Assembly (NCBI GenBank): GCA_030295235.1
Contig: AP026148.1
Span: 310,001-374,000 of the forward strand
From: Fistulifera solaris
Taxonomy: Eukaryota
Reading direction: 5' to 3'
DNA: 64,000 bases
The notes beneath the pieces were generated by a model that did not search any database, was not told the origin of the DNA, and worked only from the letters and a program-made list of their open reading frames with translations. The position numbers and the translations under genes are program-made. How positions within the stretch are numbered: position 1 is the stretch's first letter; each line of letters starts with the position of its first letter. Shown piece after piece: positions 36,607 through 48,700 of this stretch.

Positions 36607-38860
36607 TTACATGACCACCTCTTCTTTCGAACTGAGAATCTTTTCGACCGTTAATTCCACAAACACATAATTGTTTTCATCCTCACTGTCGTAGCCCTGC
36701 AACAGCGCCAAATGCTTGTCACGCTGTCGGCGTAGCATGGTGCGATTGCGATCCAACACGGCGCGGATTTTCGCCCGTTCGGCGCGTTTTCCGGCCGTCT
36801 CTTCCAAGTAACGAGTGCGTTCGCGTCGACGATCGGCCTTGTCGAATTGCTTTTCGTACGTTTTGAGATTTTGGCGGACCTTCTTGATGTCTTTTTTTCG
36901 ACAAGAGCTTTTCGCGAGGACGCCATTCGAATTCGTAGAATGTTTCGAACGATTCCTGATACAGCTGTTTGCCCTGAAAACTCCATAAAATGTAACCATT
37001 GTCCATGGCAAACTTGAAATGCCCTCCTTCGAGAGGCTGCGTGACGCACGTCGCGACCGTGCGGCCCGAAGGGTCCCATAGGACTTGGTTGGCGCGGTAA
37101 TGTTCCTTGACGACCAACGTCTTGCTATCCACGTCATAAAATTCAATCGATCCGGAGGCCGAATCGCCCAAACTAGCCATGATAATAGTGGAACCAGCGG
37201 GACTCCAGAATAGATAGTTGCACTGCTTTCCATGCAGGGTCTCGATTTTGTTCAATTCCGGTACTTTGGCTTGTGGAGCTTTCTTGAGTTGCTTTGCACC
37301 CACCACTCCCGTAGCCGGCAAAGCGTCGGGTTTCTTCATCATATCATAAAAGGATACTTGCACTTTGGACGCCGTGGGATTTTCGGCATGAATCATGGCA
37401 AATCGAGAACCGTTGGGTTCCCACGTTAATGCCATGACCGCATCTTGAATGTCCAGCATTTCCACAGGAATGCCCGGTTGGCTCAATCGGAACAGCTCAA
37501 TGTTGTTGTAGAATGTTTTCTTGGATTTCGTATGCCGGGTCACCTTGACCGCGAGATAATCACCGGTGGGAGAGAAGACCATGTTGCATTTAGAAACGTT
37601 GAAGAGATTCTTTTGTCGCAATTTTTGACGGCTGGGAATTTCAATCAGGTCCACGTGAGCCGGTGCGTTGTTTGCTTCGGGTGCCTGCCAATGCGTATGT
37701 TAAAGTACGTACTGTGAGATATACCAAACAAAAAGAAGCGAAAGCGATTGCGACAAGAACGTCAACATAACGAATCGACTTACCCAATAAGCAATAACAT
37801 TGGCGACGGGACTCCATTGAAATTCTTTAATCCCATCACACGCCAAAGAACGACTGTCCAATAAGCGCATACTGGGCGATTCGTAGATCGTGATCAGATC
37901 TTGGCCCATCCGCGCCAAATATTTGTCATCAAAACTCCACAAAAACGGTGGAGGCATCTGATCGCGGGCTTCTTTTCTGGAAACAACGAAAACGCACGCA
38001 ACAGATTACCAGTGGCAATGTGATAAACCTTAATGGCGGCCGGATCGGACGGGTCTTCATTGTTCGTGAGCAAATAATTCTCTTGCGGCGAAAAGACGAC
38101 GCGCTTGACACCGGGCGCGACAAAGCGACCAATTTTGTCGTAACCTTTGCCGCCCCACAAAATGACACCCTTGTCCGGGACTAATGTCGCCAAATAGCTG
38201 CCGGCCGGACTCCAGTGACAGTAGTATTGACACCAGGCAACGCCTTGTTCCTTTTCGCGACTGCCGTCGTAATCAACCACCGGGTCACTCTTGTGATCGA
38301 ACCAGTTGACGACAGTCTCATTCTGAAAGCGCAATACAAAGGCATCTCGCTGATGCGGATCTTCGAGCCATTCGGCGACGTTGGGTTTTTTCTTCAAAGG
38401 GTGCCGGTGTGGGTGCGACAAATTCCGCCGCCGTGTCGAGTCCTTTCAGTTCTTGACAACGCGGATACGACAAGACCGATAATTGATGTTTCTTGTCGAA
38501 ACTGTATCCCTGCAAGACAGTGACAGCTTTTTCGGCGTCTTCGGGTGTAGCGAATTCGACAATACAAAATCCCAGTGACGAATCCTTTTCTTCATCAAAG
38601 GGCATAAAGACACCATTGAATTGTGTGGCTTCATCGGTCACTAACGACCCAATTTTGGTGGTTAATTTGACGACGACATTGGTCAATTTTTCGAACTTGG
38701 CCTGGGGTACTTTGGGAAGATTGGTAATAACGACGGATGTTTCAAAGGTCTTTCGTAAGGGAGGATACAGTGGCTTGGGATCCAGGGGAGCGTCACTGAA
38801 ATAACCATCCAGCTCTTCGGCTTCTTGGGCCAAGCGATCCAAATCTTCGGCGGGGGGCAT
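36607..38860 (-). CDS. EIF3B: Eukaryotic translation initiation factor 3 subunit B; intron 37685-37783; frameshifts at about 38388, 37965 and 36895
   Basis: N-terminal RRM (VVITNLPKV...GFCIVEF...GYSFDKKHQL) and beta-propeller motifs WSPAGSYLAT, FSPQENYL, LRQKNLFNV, WEPNGSRFA, WDPSGR, MDNGYILWSFQG, FEWRPR. Confidence 0.95.
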
Positions 38861-39347
38861 CTTTTTTATTGAAGTCGTTCGTGCTTTTTTTCAGGACTTG
38901 ACTGCGATCGGTTTAATATGAAAGGAGACAAGTATAATACGGAGGAATAGCGGATGGAAGGAGGTAATTTGGTTTTGTGGTGGCAAAGGCTGCCATAGTC
39001 CGGGGACAAGCGTCATAGGAAGCTTAGTATAATAGAAAAAGTATGTAAGTGCACAATGGGTCAACCTCCCGGTCTATGTGTGCGGAGGACAACGTTTTGT
39101 GGGGTGCTCGTAAAAGCGTCTGTCATTCGGTCGTTGCAACGTTTACTGAGTCCCGCTTCACGTCAATATCGGACACGATACTCCAACTGACTCACTTTTT
39201 CATTATTCATTCCGGTTTCAAATTTACTTGATGATCTATCCATCCAAATGGCATGGAAGTAAAGGCTCCATGAGAAAACGACATTGCATTCAGTAGGGGA
39301 ACGATCAGTGAATGTAGTAGATCGAGAGACAAGAGGCTTCCGTTGTC

Positions 39348-41338
39348 ATGAAACGGTCATTGTTTGCTATTCTATTTGTCGCTACCCATGTGGTTGCCTT
39401 CCCATTACCATTATTTGATCGGAAATCGCGAACCACTGTCGTACAATCCACCAAGCAACAACCCGAATACGATGATTCGTACGATGTCATTGTCATTGGA
39501 GCCGGTGTCGGTGGATTGTCGTGTGCGGCCTTGACTTCCAAGTACGGCCTAAAGACACTCTGTGTAGAAGCCCACGATACGCCCGGGGGCGTCGCACACA
39601 GTTTCCAACGGTACAGTTCCGCTTCCAACACGACACCGTTTTGTTTTGATTCGGGACCGTCCTTAGTCTCCGGCTTGTCGCAAATGGGCACCAATCCTTT
39701 GCGACAAGTCCTCGATGCCATTGGTACGGCCGATGCTGTGCTGTGGAAAACGTACGATGGTTGGATTGTTCATGATACGTCCGATGACACTTCCTTCAAA
39801 ATTACCACCGGATCCAGTGGTGCCTTTGAAGACGCGATCGAGCGAAAAGCCGGCACTAATGCTCGTCGTGAATTTGTCCAATTTAAAACCAAATTGTTGG
39901 AGAGTGGGGGATTGTCCGAGTCTTCCGCGTACATACCCCCCTTTGCCTTGCGTGGCGACCTCCAAGCGGTGGCGAGTTTGTTTCACTATTTCTGGAAATT
40001 GTTGAAAATCGGCGGAAAAGGCCGACTCCTCACGGGACCGTTTGCCAAAGTTATGGACTTGTACGGTGTGAAAGATCCATTTCTCCGCAAATGGTTCGAT
40101 TATCTTTCGTTTGCTCTTTCGGGATTGGATGCGTCGCAAACACAAGCGGCGGCCGTCGCGTACATGATGATCGATTTACACAAAGAGGGAGCCGTTTTGG
40201 ATTATCCTGTCGGTGGAATGGATTCGTTAATTCAAGCGCTGGTGCTGGGGATGACAAATCACGGAGGACAACTCCAACTCAATAGTCGTGTCGAGCGGAT
40301 TTTATTGTCTCAAGAGGGTCCTAAAGCACGTGCTGAAGGAGTTGTTTTGGATAATGGGCGTGTGATCAAAGCAAAGAAAGGAGTGGTGTGCAATGCGCCG
40401 CTGTGGAACATGGCCCGGATATTGGAAGATTCGATCGATGGGCACCACGGAGAAGGGGTGGTGAAAGATGCGGTGGAAGCGATTCGTGAGGAAGCCGATG
40501 CGATGTGCATGACGCGGTCTTTTATGCACCTGCATTTGGGAATTCCCAAAGATGGTCTCCCTGCACTGGAATGTCATCACTCCGTCCTTGATCTATCCGA
40601 TGCAGTCGATGCGGAACAAAATATGGTGATTATCAGGTATGTTTTAGGAGTTACTGCAGTACAAGAATTCCATGCGTGGGTTCTTATTCTTTTGTGTCTT
40701 GTTTCGTGGTGCAACAGCATTCCAACGGTTTTCGACGAAAGTCTTGCGCCCGAAGGATACCACGTCATACATGCGTATTCCGCCGCATGCGATGATTTTG
40801 ATCCGTTTGAAAAATTCTTGCCCGAAGGAAAAGAAACCGGTAAGGTGGGTATGAGTCCCAACACGATGAAAGCCGCATCCTACGGAAAGTCTGAAGATTA
40901 TCGGAAACTTAAAGCCGAAAAAATTGAGCTTCTTTGGAAAGCGGTCGAAAAGGTCATTCCAGATGTTCGACAAAGAGCCCAACGACCTGGTAGTATCGCA
41001 TTAGAGGGAACGCCGTTGACCCATCGGCGGTACAATCAACGATACCGCGGGACGTACGGTCCCGCCCCATCGCCCGGTCAAGATGTTTGGGAATTGGCGG
41101 GTTCCAAAAGTCGAATCGAAGGACTATTGGCTTGTGGAGATACAACATTTCCAGGTAAGTGAAGGAATGAGCACCCGCCCCCATTTGCTTTTCATTTCAT
41201 CCGTCTCACACATCAGTCTTAGGCATTGGTCTTCCGGGGGTGGCGGCATCCGGAACGATTGCGGCAAACACCCTTACTAGTCTCAAGTCACAAACGGAAT
41301 TAATGGAAGAGCTGCGCCGAAAAGGGGCGTTGCAGTAA
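39348..41338 (+). CDS. Carotenoid isomerase-like (CRTISO/phytoene-dehydrogenase family) FAD oxidoreductase, probably plastid; introns 40637-40717 and 41155-41222
   Basis: Motifs DVIVIGAGVGGL, EAH..PGG.AH, FDSGPS, YPVGG, SFMHLHLGI, GTPLTHRRY...GTYG, GDTTFPGIGLPGVAASG after splicing. Presequence VVA-F. Confidence 0.9.
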
Positions 41339-41761
41339 TGTATCTTCCCGTAAATTAGAGCATTTTCGAATAAGTGGAGGTATACCCTCTCGTTTTTTGT
41401 TTCGTGCGATGACTCTAGAAAAAAAGCCCATCTCGAGATTCTTGTTGAGAGTACCGGTACATGGAACGCCCGACCAGTAAGGATCGAGCTTCGAACGACC
41501 AGATCAGGTTTTGGCCAACCTGCCAAATATTGTACTCCTTTTATTTTTATCTAGCAAGCCCGGTACTCAATGACGTATCATGCTTAGGGGGATGGAAGGC
41601 ATTCAAGTCAAACCAGTACTTTGTAGTGGTAGTGACAATAGATGCCGTGCGCCGTGGACGTGAAAAAGGACCAGAGACGGACGAAAATAAACGAAGCTCG
41701 CATCATTTCATTCAATTGCAGTTGACTCTGTAGTTGCCAGAAAGAGTCTATCACCGAAACA

Positions 41762-44294
41762 ATGTCGAAAAAGAATACGATTAATAATGTTAAACTAGGG
41801 GAGAAGCAAGAACAGAACGACTTCTTGATTCGATCTCTGGACCGGAACGATTTGGAGATCACCGCATTGATGGACTTGCACCGCTCTATTCATGCGGTGA
41901 AGCAAGCCATTCTTCGTAATTGCGGCGAAGAGACGTTATTGGATCTGGGAGAAGGCAAATTGAAGTTAGCTCCTTCGTCGGATTCCTTACAAGCCGTAGA
42001 GGGTGTCGAATTACCTCCTGAAGAAAATCAATATCTCTGTGTCGACTTTTTGTTGCGCATGAAGTTGCGCCGCAAGTTAATGAACCGATTGTCGCGTCGA
42101 CTGTTACGCGTCGCTCATATCATGGACGGGAATGATTTGCAACCTCCACCTGTTCCGAAATATGGTGAACAACGGTTGCACTTGGATCCGGAACGAATTA
42201 AGGCTTTTTCGGAGCATTTCGCCAACCGGGAAATGGCGATTCGTACCATTGAAATGGCCAAGAAGCGCATTTATAACAAAGAATCAAGTGTGGAAGCGAC
42301 AACTACCGACGGTCCGGAGCAAATGCAATCGATCGATGCTCCCAAGGAAGAACAAACTAGAGAGGAGGGTCCGGAGCAAGCTCGATCGACCGATGCTTCC
42401 AAGGAAGAGAATCCTGCAGAGAAAGAGACGACTTCCCAGGAACAGCCGGCAGATTCGAAAGAGCCTGCACAGGCCGCGGAAGGTGACGCTCCTGAGCCTG
42501 TACCGTCGGCAGAGGACAAGGCGCCAGAGGAGTCTCTATTGCCGGTTGCGGATGCCGCAACGTCTGTGGCTACAGGAGATCAACCGGTGAGTGCGGAAGA
42601 AAGTTCCAAGAGTAATATTACCGGACCCACGGAAGATGTTTTGGAAGCATGCTATCAGATGCTGATCGACTACAAGGACGTTTATGAAAAAATCATCGAC
42701 CCAGTGACAGGGGCTATCACTTATCCGGCACTGGAAAGTGAGCGTGAAACGACCAATACTTCCACCGGTATTGGAGCGGCTCATAGCTCGATGAGCGTCA
42801 AAGAGAAAGAAGCCGAAGATCAAAGATGGAAAACGGCACTTTTGAGTCGAATTCCGGATCAACCTACTTTCGAAGAGCTGGGTCTTGAAAATCGTGTCTT
42901 TTACTTGGAAGAGCGACGTAAGCGTGCTGTGACGCAGAGAGCTGCGGAGCAGAACAAGAGAGCCAAAGTGGATGTTGACAATAATGCGTCGGACGACGAA
43001 GATATGTCGGATAAACGAGAAATGGATGACGATGAAAAGTCGGGATCCGCCGAAAAATCTCAAGCCGTGGATGTAGCAGCTCAAGGCGTCTCGGAAAGTC
43101 AAAAAGGCGACAAGGACAAGGTTAATGAAGAAGAATCCGATAAGGGGCCTGATCATGATGATGAAGAGAGTGAGACGAAGGAGAAAGATGACGAAAAGGA
43201 AAGCTCAAGCGAGACTACTAAAGAGAAAGACGAGGTCGTACCAGTGAGAATCAAACCCATCTCATTGCTTCCTGTTCCATCCTTTCACGACCAAGACTTA
43301 AAGCGTATCAAACTTATCCATGCAGATCTGATGATGTCTTCAATGCAAGACCATGCCCGTGTCCGATTGGAGGGCGTTACTCGTGATTATAACAGCGGTA
43401 AGTTACCTTCACCTTATGCCATCCTTCTTGTTTTCTTTGTTTCTCACTCTCGTTACAGCACTGGCTAAATCCAACGATCTATACGACCGTCAACTAAAGA
43501 TCCAAGAAGAATTGAATTTGCGCCGACGCAATAACGCTATCATGAAAAGTCAGTTTGATATGCACGCTGCGCAGTTAAGAGAAGGATGGCTGGTCAAGTT
43601 GAAAATCTTCAATGATCGTAAGTTGAATCTAGCGCTGCCTTCTCGTCAGGGTCACCCCCGCACGGGAAGTTTCGTGACTCAGCAGTATGGTCGACGCGAT
43701 GCGTTCGCTCTCGAAATATCGGATTGTTTGGCAGATGTTGTGGATGGCGTGGACAAGATAGTTCAAGGGATGGTTCCAAATGAGAAATTTGTGGAGCCTT
43801 TTACGTTGCCGCCTTTGCCACCGGAGTTTGAGCAGAGTCTGAACTATGAAAAGGTGTTGTTCCAGCAAAGTCAGACGCTTATGCAAACACTTCGCGGCAG
43901 TGAGGACGAGCGAAGCAAATGCTGGAAGAGAATGATGAAGACCAAGGCCGAATTTGAGGTGGGAAGACCAGACGCCAACCGCTACGCTGCGATGCCGTTT
44001 CCTCCACTGCGCAGCACCGCCCCTCAAGTATTGCCGCAACAATTGTCTCGCCCGGTGCTATCGACGTACACTCCCAAGGCTCGCATTGTGCGCCAAGCAG
44101 AACTCTCGGAATCGAAATACTCGGCCGCTCGCGTCAAAGAACGCATTGCGGACGATGGGACGGTCGCGCCGGTCTCGGAACCCAAGAGAACTGCCGAGGG
44201 TCTTTTTCAACGACCCGCCGGTCGGACGAGGAAAGGCATGGATTGGGATGCGATTCGAGGTATCTGGGTCCCTCATAAAGAAGAAGACAAGTAA
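41762..44294 (+). CDS. Hypothetical protein, probably nuclear (coiled-coil and acidic); intron 43398-43458
   Basis: Two long ORFs are joined in frame by a 61-nt GTAAGT...CTCAC...ACAG intron. C-terminal RPAGRTRKGMDWDAIRGIW motif. Confidence 0.75.
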
Positions 44295-44330
44295 GATTTA
44301 AACAGACTTAGTCTATCATTATTTTAATGT

Positions 44331-45215
44331 TCACAACTTGGACCGCGGGGCTTGATTGCGACTTTTGGATTCGACGGTGCGAGACAACTTGGCAACCATT
44401 TCCTGCGGCACCATCGGATGCTTGTACAACCACTGACCCCCGTCCACCACCAGGACATCTCCCGTAATGTACCGGGCTGTACAAAGAAAGACGGCCGCGT
44501 GTCCAATTTCCCATGCTTCTCCCATTCGTTTGAGCGGAATTCCTTCCGTGACCATGTTCGCAACATTGTCTTTTCCGATGCCCGGAGCCAACTTGGTGGT
44601 TCCGGGCGTATCCGCAATCGGACCAGGAGCGATCCCAACGACTCGAATTTGGTACGAGCCCCATTCCAGTGCTAAACTGCGGGTTAACGAATCCACGGCG
44701 GCTTTGGCGGCCGACGCGTGCACTTGCCAGTGCGTGGCCCCGTACTGCAGTGTCGCCGAGATATTGAGAATGACAGCATCTCCACTTTGCGCAAGCAATG
44801 AAAAGGCGGCTCTCGACATATTAAATGTTCCCAAGGTATCAATTGCCATGACGGTAGCGAATCCTTTCGGAGATAATTGATGGGCGGCGGCTAAAAAGTT
44901 TCCCGCTGCACCATTGACTAGAATATCCAATCGTCCGAATTGTTGTTGCGTGAACTTTACAGCAGCTTGACACTGTTCGGGATCTCGGACATCACAAACT
45001 CGATATTCCACTCGTGCACCCGTTTCTTGTTGCAAAATTCGTTGTGCTTGTTGTAGGAAGGAAGCGCGCCGTCCGCAAATCACCGCCGCGTGACACTTGT
45101 GCAACAACAATTGCCGTGTCACTTCAAAGCCAATTCCAGAACCTCCACCCGTCACCAGAGCAACTTTGCCGTCCAAACAGTCCGGTTGAAATGGGGAACA
45201 CACAATTGGTTTCAT
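44331..45215 (-). CDS. DECR2: Peroxisomal 2,4-dienoyl-CoA reductase (SDR family), PTS1 SKL
   Basis: Motifs ALVTGGGSGIG, LVNGAAGNF, NISATLQY, HASAAKAAVD, IAPGPI, VDGG. The protein ends in SKL. Confidence 0.93.
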   Translation of the reverse strand: MKPIVCSPFQPDCLDGKVALVTGGGSGIGFEVTRQLLLHKCHAAVICGRRASFLQQAQRILQQETGARVEYRVCDVRDPEQCQAAVKFTQQQFGRLDILVNGAAGNFLAAAHQLSPKGFATVMAIDTLGTFNMSRAAFSLLAQSGDAVILNISATLQYGATHWQVHASAAKAAVDSLTRSLALEWGSYQIRVVGIAPGPIADTPGTTKLAPGIGKDNVANMVTEGIPLKRMGEAWEIGHAAVFLCTARYITGDVLVVDGGQWLYKHPMVPQEMVAKLSRTVESKSRNQAPRSKL

Positions 45216-45730
45216 TTTTTTCTTGAAAGAATGAAATTGTACTGGAATTGTATCGAAATGATATACTACGGTAGTTTGTGGGATGCGCTAAAATTCATTT
45301 TTTCTGTTTCGCAGGCAGGACGCAGGAGAAGGAAATAATGTAGGAGTAGAATCTTGTACTCATTCAGGATAAGGTTAGGTCTTGATGGCTTGGCGGCAAC
45401 GAGCGCGCAAGGGTGCGCGTGTGGCACTGTTTGACCTACAATGCTTACAATATTGAATCTACGGATACGAAGGTTCCATTCCGAAAGTACTATCGATCCA
45501 ATTGTAGCACAGGACACCGGCCAGGTTTGGATTCTGAAGTCGGAAACCATCCTCCAAATACCCTCACGCTCACGCAATGATGATCATTGTTGCAAAAATA
45601 CTGATTGATTGTTATTGAGATTGCTTTTGATTCTCCTATGACGGAGAATAAAGCAAAGTAAATCACCTGGAAGCCTTTTTTCTTTGCAAACTTCTCCAAA
45701 GACTCGAGGGAGTCAGCAAAGCCGCTTGAC

Positions 45731-48700
45731 ATGGATGCATCACAATCGTCTCTGTTCGAGGAGCACAAAAATGATGATGATGAGTTGTTGATCAATGATT
45801 TTGATTTTGAGGTTTCGACTTCGGAAACCGCATGGGCCAAGTTTGTCGGAGAATCATCATCAACGACACCCACAAAGAACAACCCGAAACGAAAAGCCTT
45901 TGGGAAATTCGTTCGTTCTCATAGCGTTCCGCTGCACGACGTGATGACGTCCGAAGAAATCATCATTCCCCCACCGCCGTCCTTCGAAACGAAACCCACG
46001 TATCGAATGCTCGAACAACCGCCCCGGCCTTCCAAAAATGTTCGATCCATGTCCATGTTTGAATTGTCACCAGGATTCGACGACGATTGCACAGTTTCAC
46101 CGGTGCGGTGTTTGTCACAGAACGATGAAGACGTCTACAAATACTTCCATGGATCGGCGAATCCCCGCTCGACTAACCATTCGTCATTACGCCGATGCTC
46201 TTCACTGCAAGTGAATCATACGTTTGATTCGCCTAACAACAACACCAACAACAATAATGACGAGAATCAATGGCAAATCCGGAATATGATGAACGAAACG
46301 CCCGAAGAGCGCGACCGGAAGAAGATCCGTGCACGACGGCACTCGATCCAAGGGCACATTGAACCCCTGTCGGAACGCATTACTTCCAAAGTGCGGGCCT
46401 TGCAACCCAAGCCACTCGATTTGGCCTGGTTGACTCAACCACAAGTGGACGATGGTCAATTCTTGGATGCGTCGGCCGAAATCATCTCCACACCCGATCG
46501 CAGCTTGTCGTCGTCGTCTCGCAAACGGGGTGTTTGTGGGACACCCATTGAGGCCGATATGTCCCTGTCATTGACGAGTTCGATCATTCGTCGTCGATCT
46601 TTGGTCCTCATTCCGGAAGACTCCCATAATCTTCCCACTTTACCAATCATTCCTAAGGATCGTATCCGAAATCAACACGTGGAAAGTGAGGAGGAAGAAG
46701 AAGAAGACGATGTTAATGACGATGATTCGCGCAATACATCGTTCCACAGCACTCCGGATGAAATGGAGAAAATGCGTAAGCAAGAAGAAAATGGAGCGGA
46801 TCGGTGTAATGAGCCGGATTCGATCTTGGACCATATGACTACTATTGACGATTTGAAATATTTGTTAAAGACGCTGCAGAATCAATCCAGAATGCCAATT
46901 TCGTTTGGTACCAACAGCTGGACGGTGACACCGCGCTCGTCGTGGCCCCAAAGTCGGAGTAGTGACTTTATTCAATGGGCGCGCGTTCAATTTGGTTTCG
47001 CGTGTCATTCGATCGATGGATCCACGTCGTATCTACAGATACAAAAGACGCACGGGCGACAACTGATCCAGCAGTTGGAGGCTGCATTTCAACTGTACGA
47101 AACGAGAAGAGAGTCGTTGCAAAAGATTTCCGAAGACGATCGCATGAAGGATTCACCGTTGTTTTCGCGCACGGAGCGAAAGACACAATCGTTGTTTGTA
47201 AGGTACGTTGAGGAAATCATCATCATCAATGGGCTACAATTTTCTGCATTATTCTTTCTCACCCAAGCGTTTTTCAGATCGTCTTTACCGAGTCCCATGA
47301 CACTGAATAGCCCATCCGTTGCTTCGACTCTTCCTTGCAGCGACACGGACGAACTAGTGGCGGGTCTGAATCAACTCTCGGTTCAGGATTCGAAGCTTCT
47401 TCGCACGGTTACCATCGAGCCTCGAGATCAGCAGATCCTTACCAAACTTCGAGTCTCTCTCGAGAATCATGCGCCAACCATTGACCTCATTCAGAGTTTA
47501 CATGGTCATACCGTGATTGCATCGACACGACCACCCCGTCCTTCCCTTGGCTACGATTGTTGCAGTATCCTACAACCTGAACGCCTATCCGTTGGGACGA
47601 CGCATGACTGTGGAACTAACGAGTATTTCGGAACGTGAGTAAATGTTGCGTTACGAGATTCGCTTTGTGAATTTCGTCGCTCACTTCCATTTTCCAATTT
47701 GCAGACCAATGAATCAAGATGTGTGTTGGGGATCTAGACCTTTGCCTGGCCGGGACTGGGGATGTTCGGAAGCTTGTAACAAAGAGGTTATTGCGAAATT
47801 GGCTTGTATCGTTGATCAACGTGAAGCAGACAGTAAGTTTTTACCAGATCCGGGCATGTCCTCGTAGCCTCGTTCACGTCTCACCTCCTTCGACCGTCCC
47901 AGTGAACCGAGAGTCCACGACATCCAGCATGTCGTTATCTTCTCGATCTTCCAATCTTGCTTTTGATCTAGGAGCATGTGTGGATGATGTTGTAATTGAA
48001 GAAACAGAATCCAGTGTGCGCGACAGCATTGATGATGACATTGGCGAACTCATCACGGAACGAAACAACCGACGCCGACGAGCTTCATTGATTAAAAGCG
48101 CTCGAATGTCCTTATTCTTGAAAACGAATGAGCAAGAGGACAATAGACTCTCCAATAACAAGCCAATCTTTTGGTCAAAGAGGAGGTGTACCACGGGTAT
48201 GATGAACAATGATTTGAATGCTTTGGACCATGCTCAGTTTCCAGATGAACTGTCTCCCGAGTCTCAGGAAGACCTCTTTGAGAATCACACTGCTCTAGTC
48301 AATATCTTCTCGTTTTTATCACAGAAAGATATTATGACGACGGTGTCGACAATCTGCACTTCATGGTCTGATGCTGCGACAACTGCAATAGTTAAGCTGA
48401 TGCGCAGTAGTCTAGACTTTTTGGACGACGAGGAAGATACGGATGATAATTCCAACGCCGCATTGTCTCGCTGTCGCTCGAACGATCTTGGGAGTACTTG
48501 ACGGGTGTATTTCCTTGGGGTCGATTTCTTTCCTACGGTGCTTTCAAGAACGTCTATCGTGTTTACAATATCGTTACAAACCATACCGAAGCCATTTCGG
48601 TCATGTAAGTTGACAGTTCGTTGATTATTGTGTTTCGTACTTTCTTCTCATCTCGTGACCTATTTTCGTCACCTCAGGGATATAAACAAGATCATTGATA

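Noticed and set aside
29942..38860. Programmed ribosomal frameshifting or pseudogenisation of ArgRS, eIF3B and others
   Set aside because: The shifts occur at varied homopolymers in both directions with no shared slippery-site/stop motif, and there is no other decay. Sequencing error is more parsimonious.
15719..41338. Isoprenoid/carotenoid biosynthetic gene cluster (ispG, sufS, SOUL, CRTISO-like)
   Set aside because: The genes are spread over 25 kb among unrelated housekeeping genes, and plastid-targeted genes are common in such genomes.
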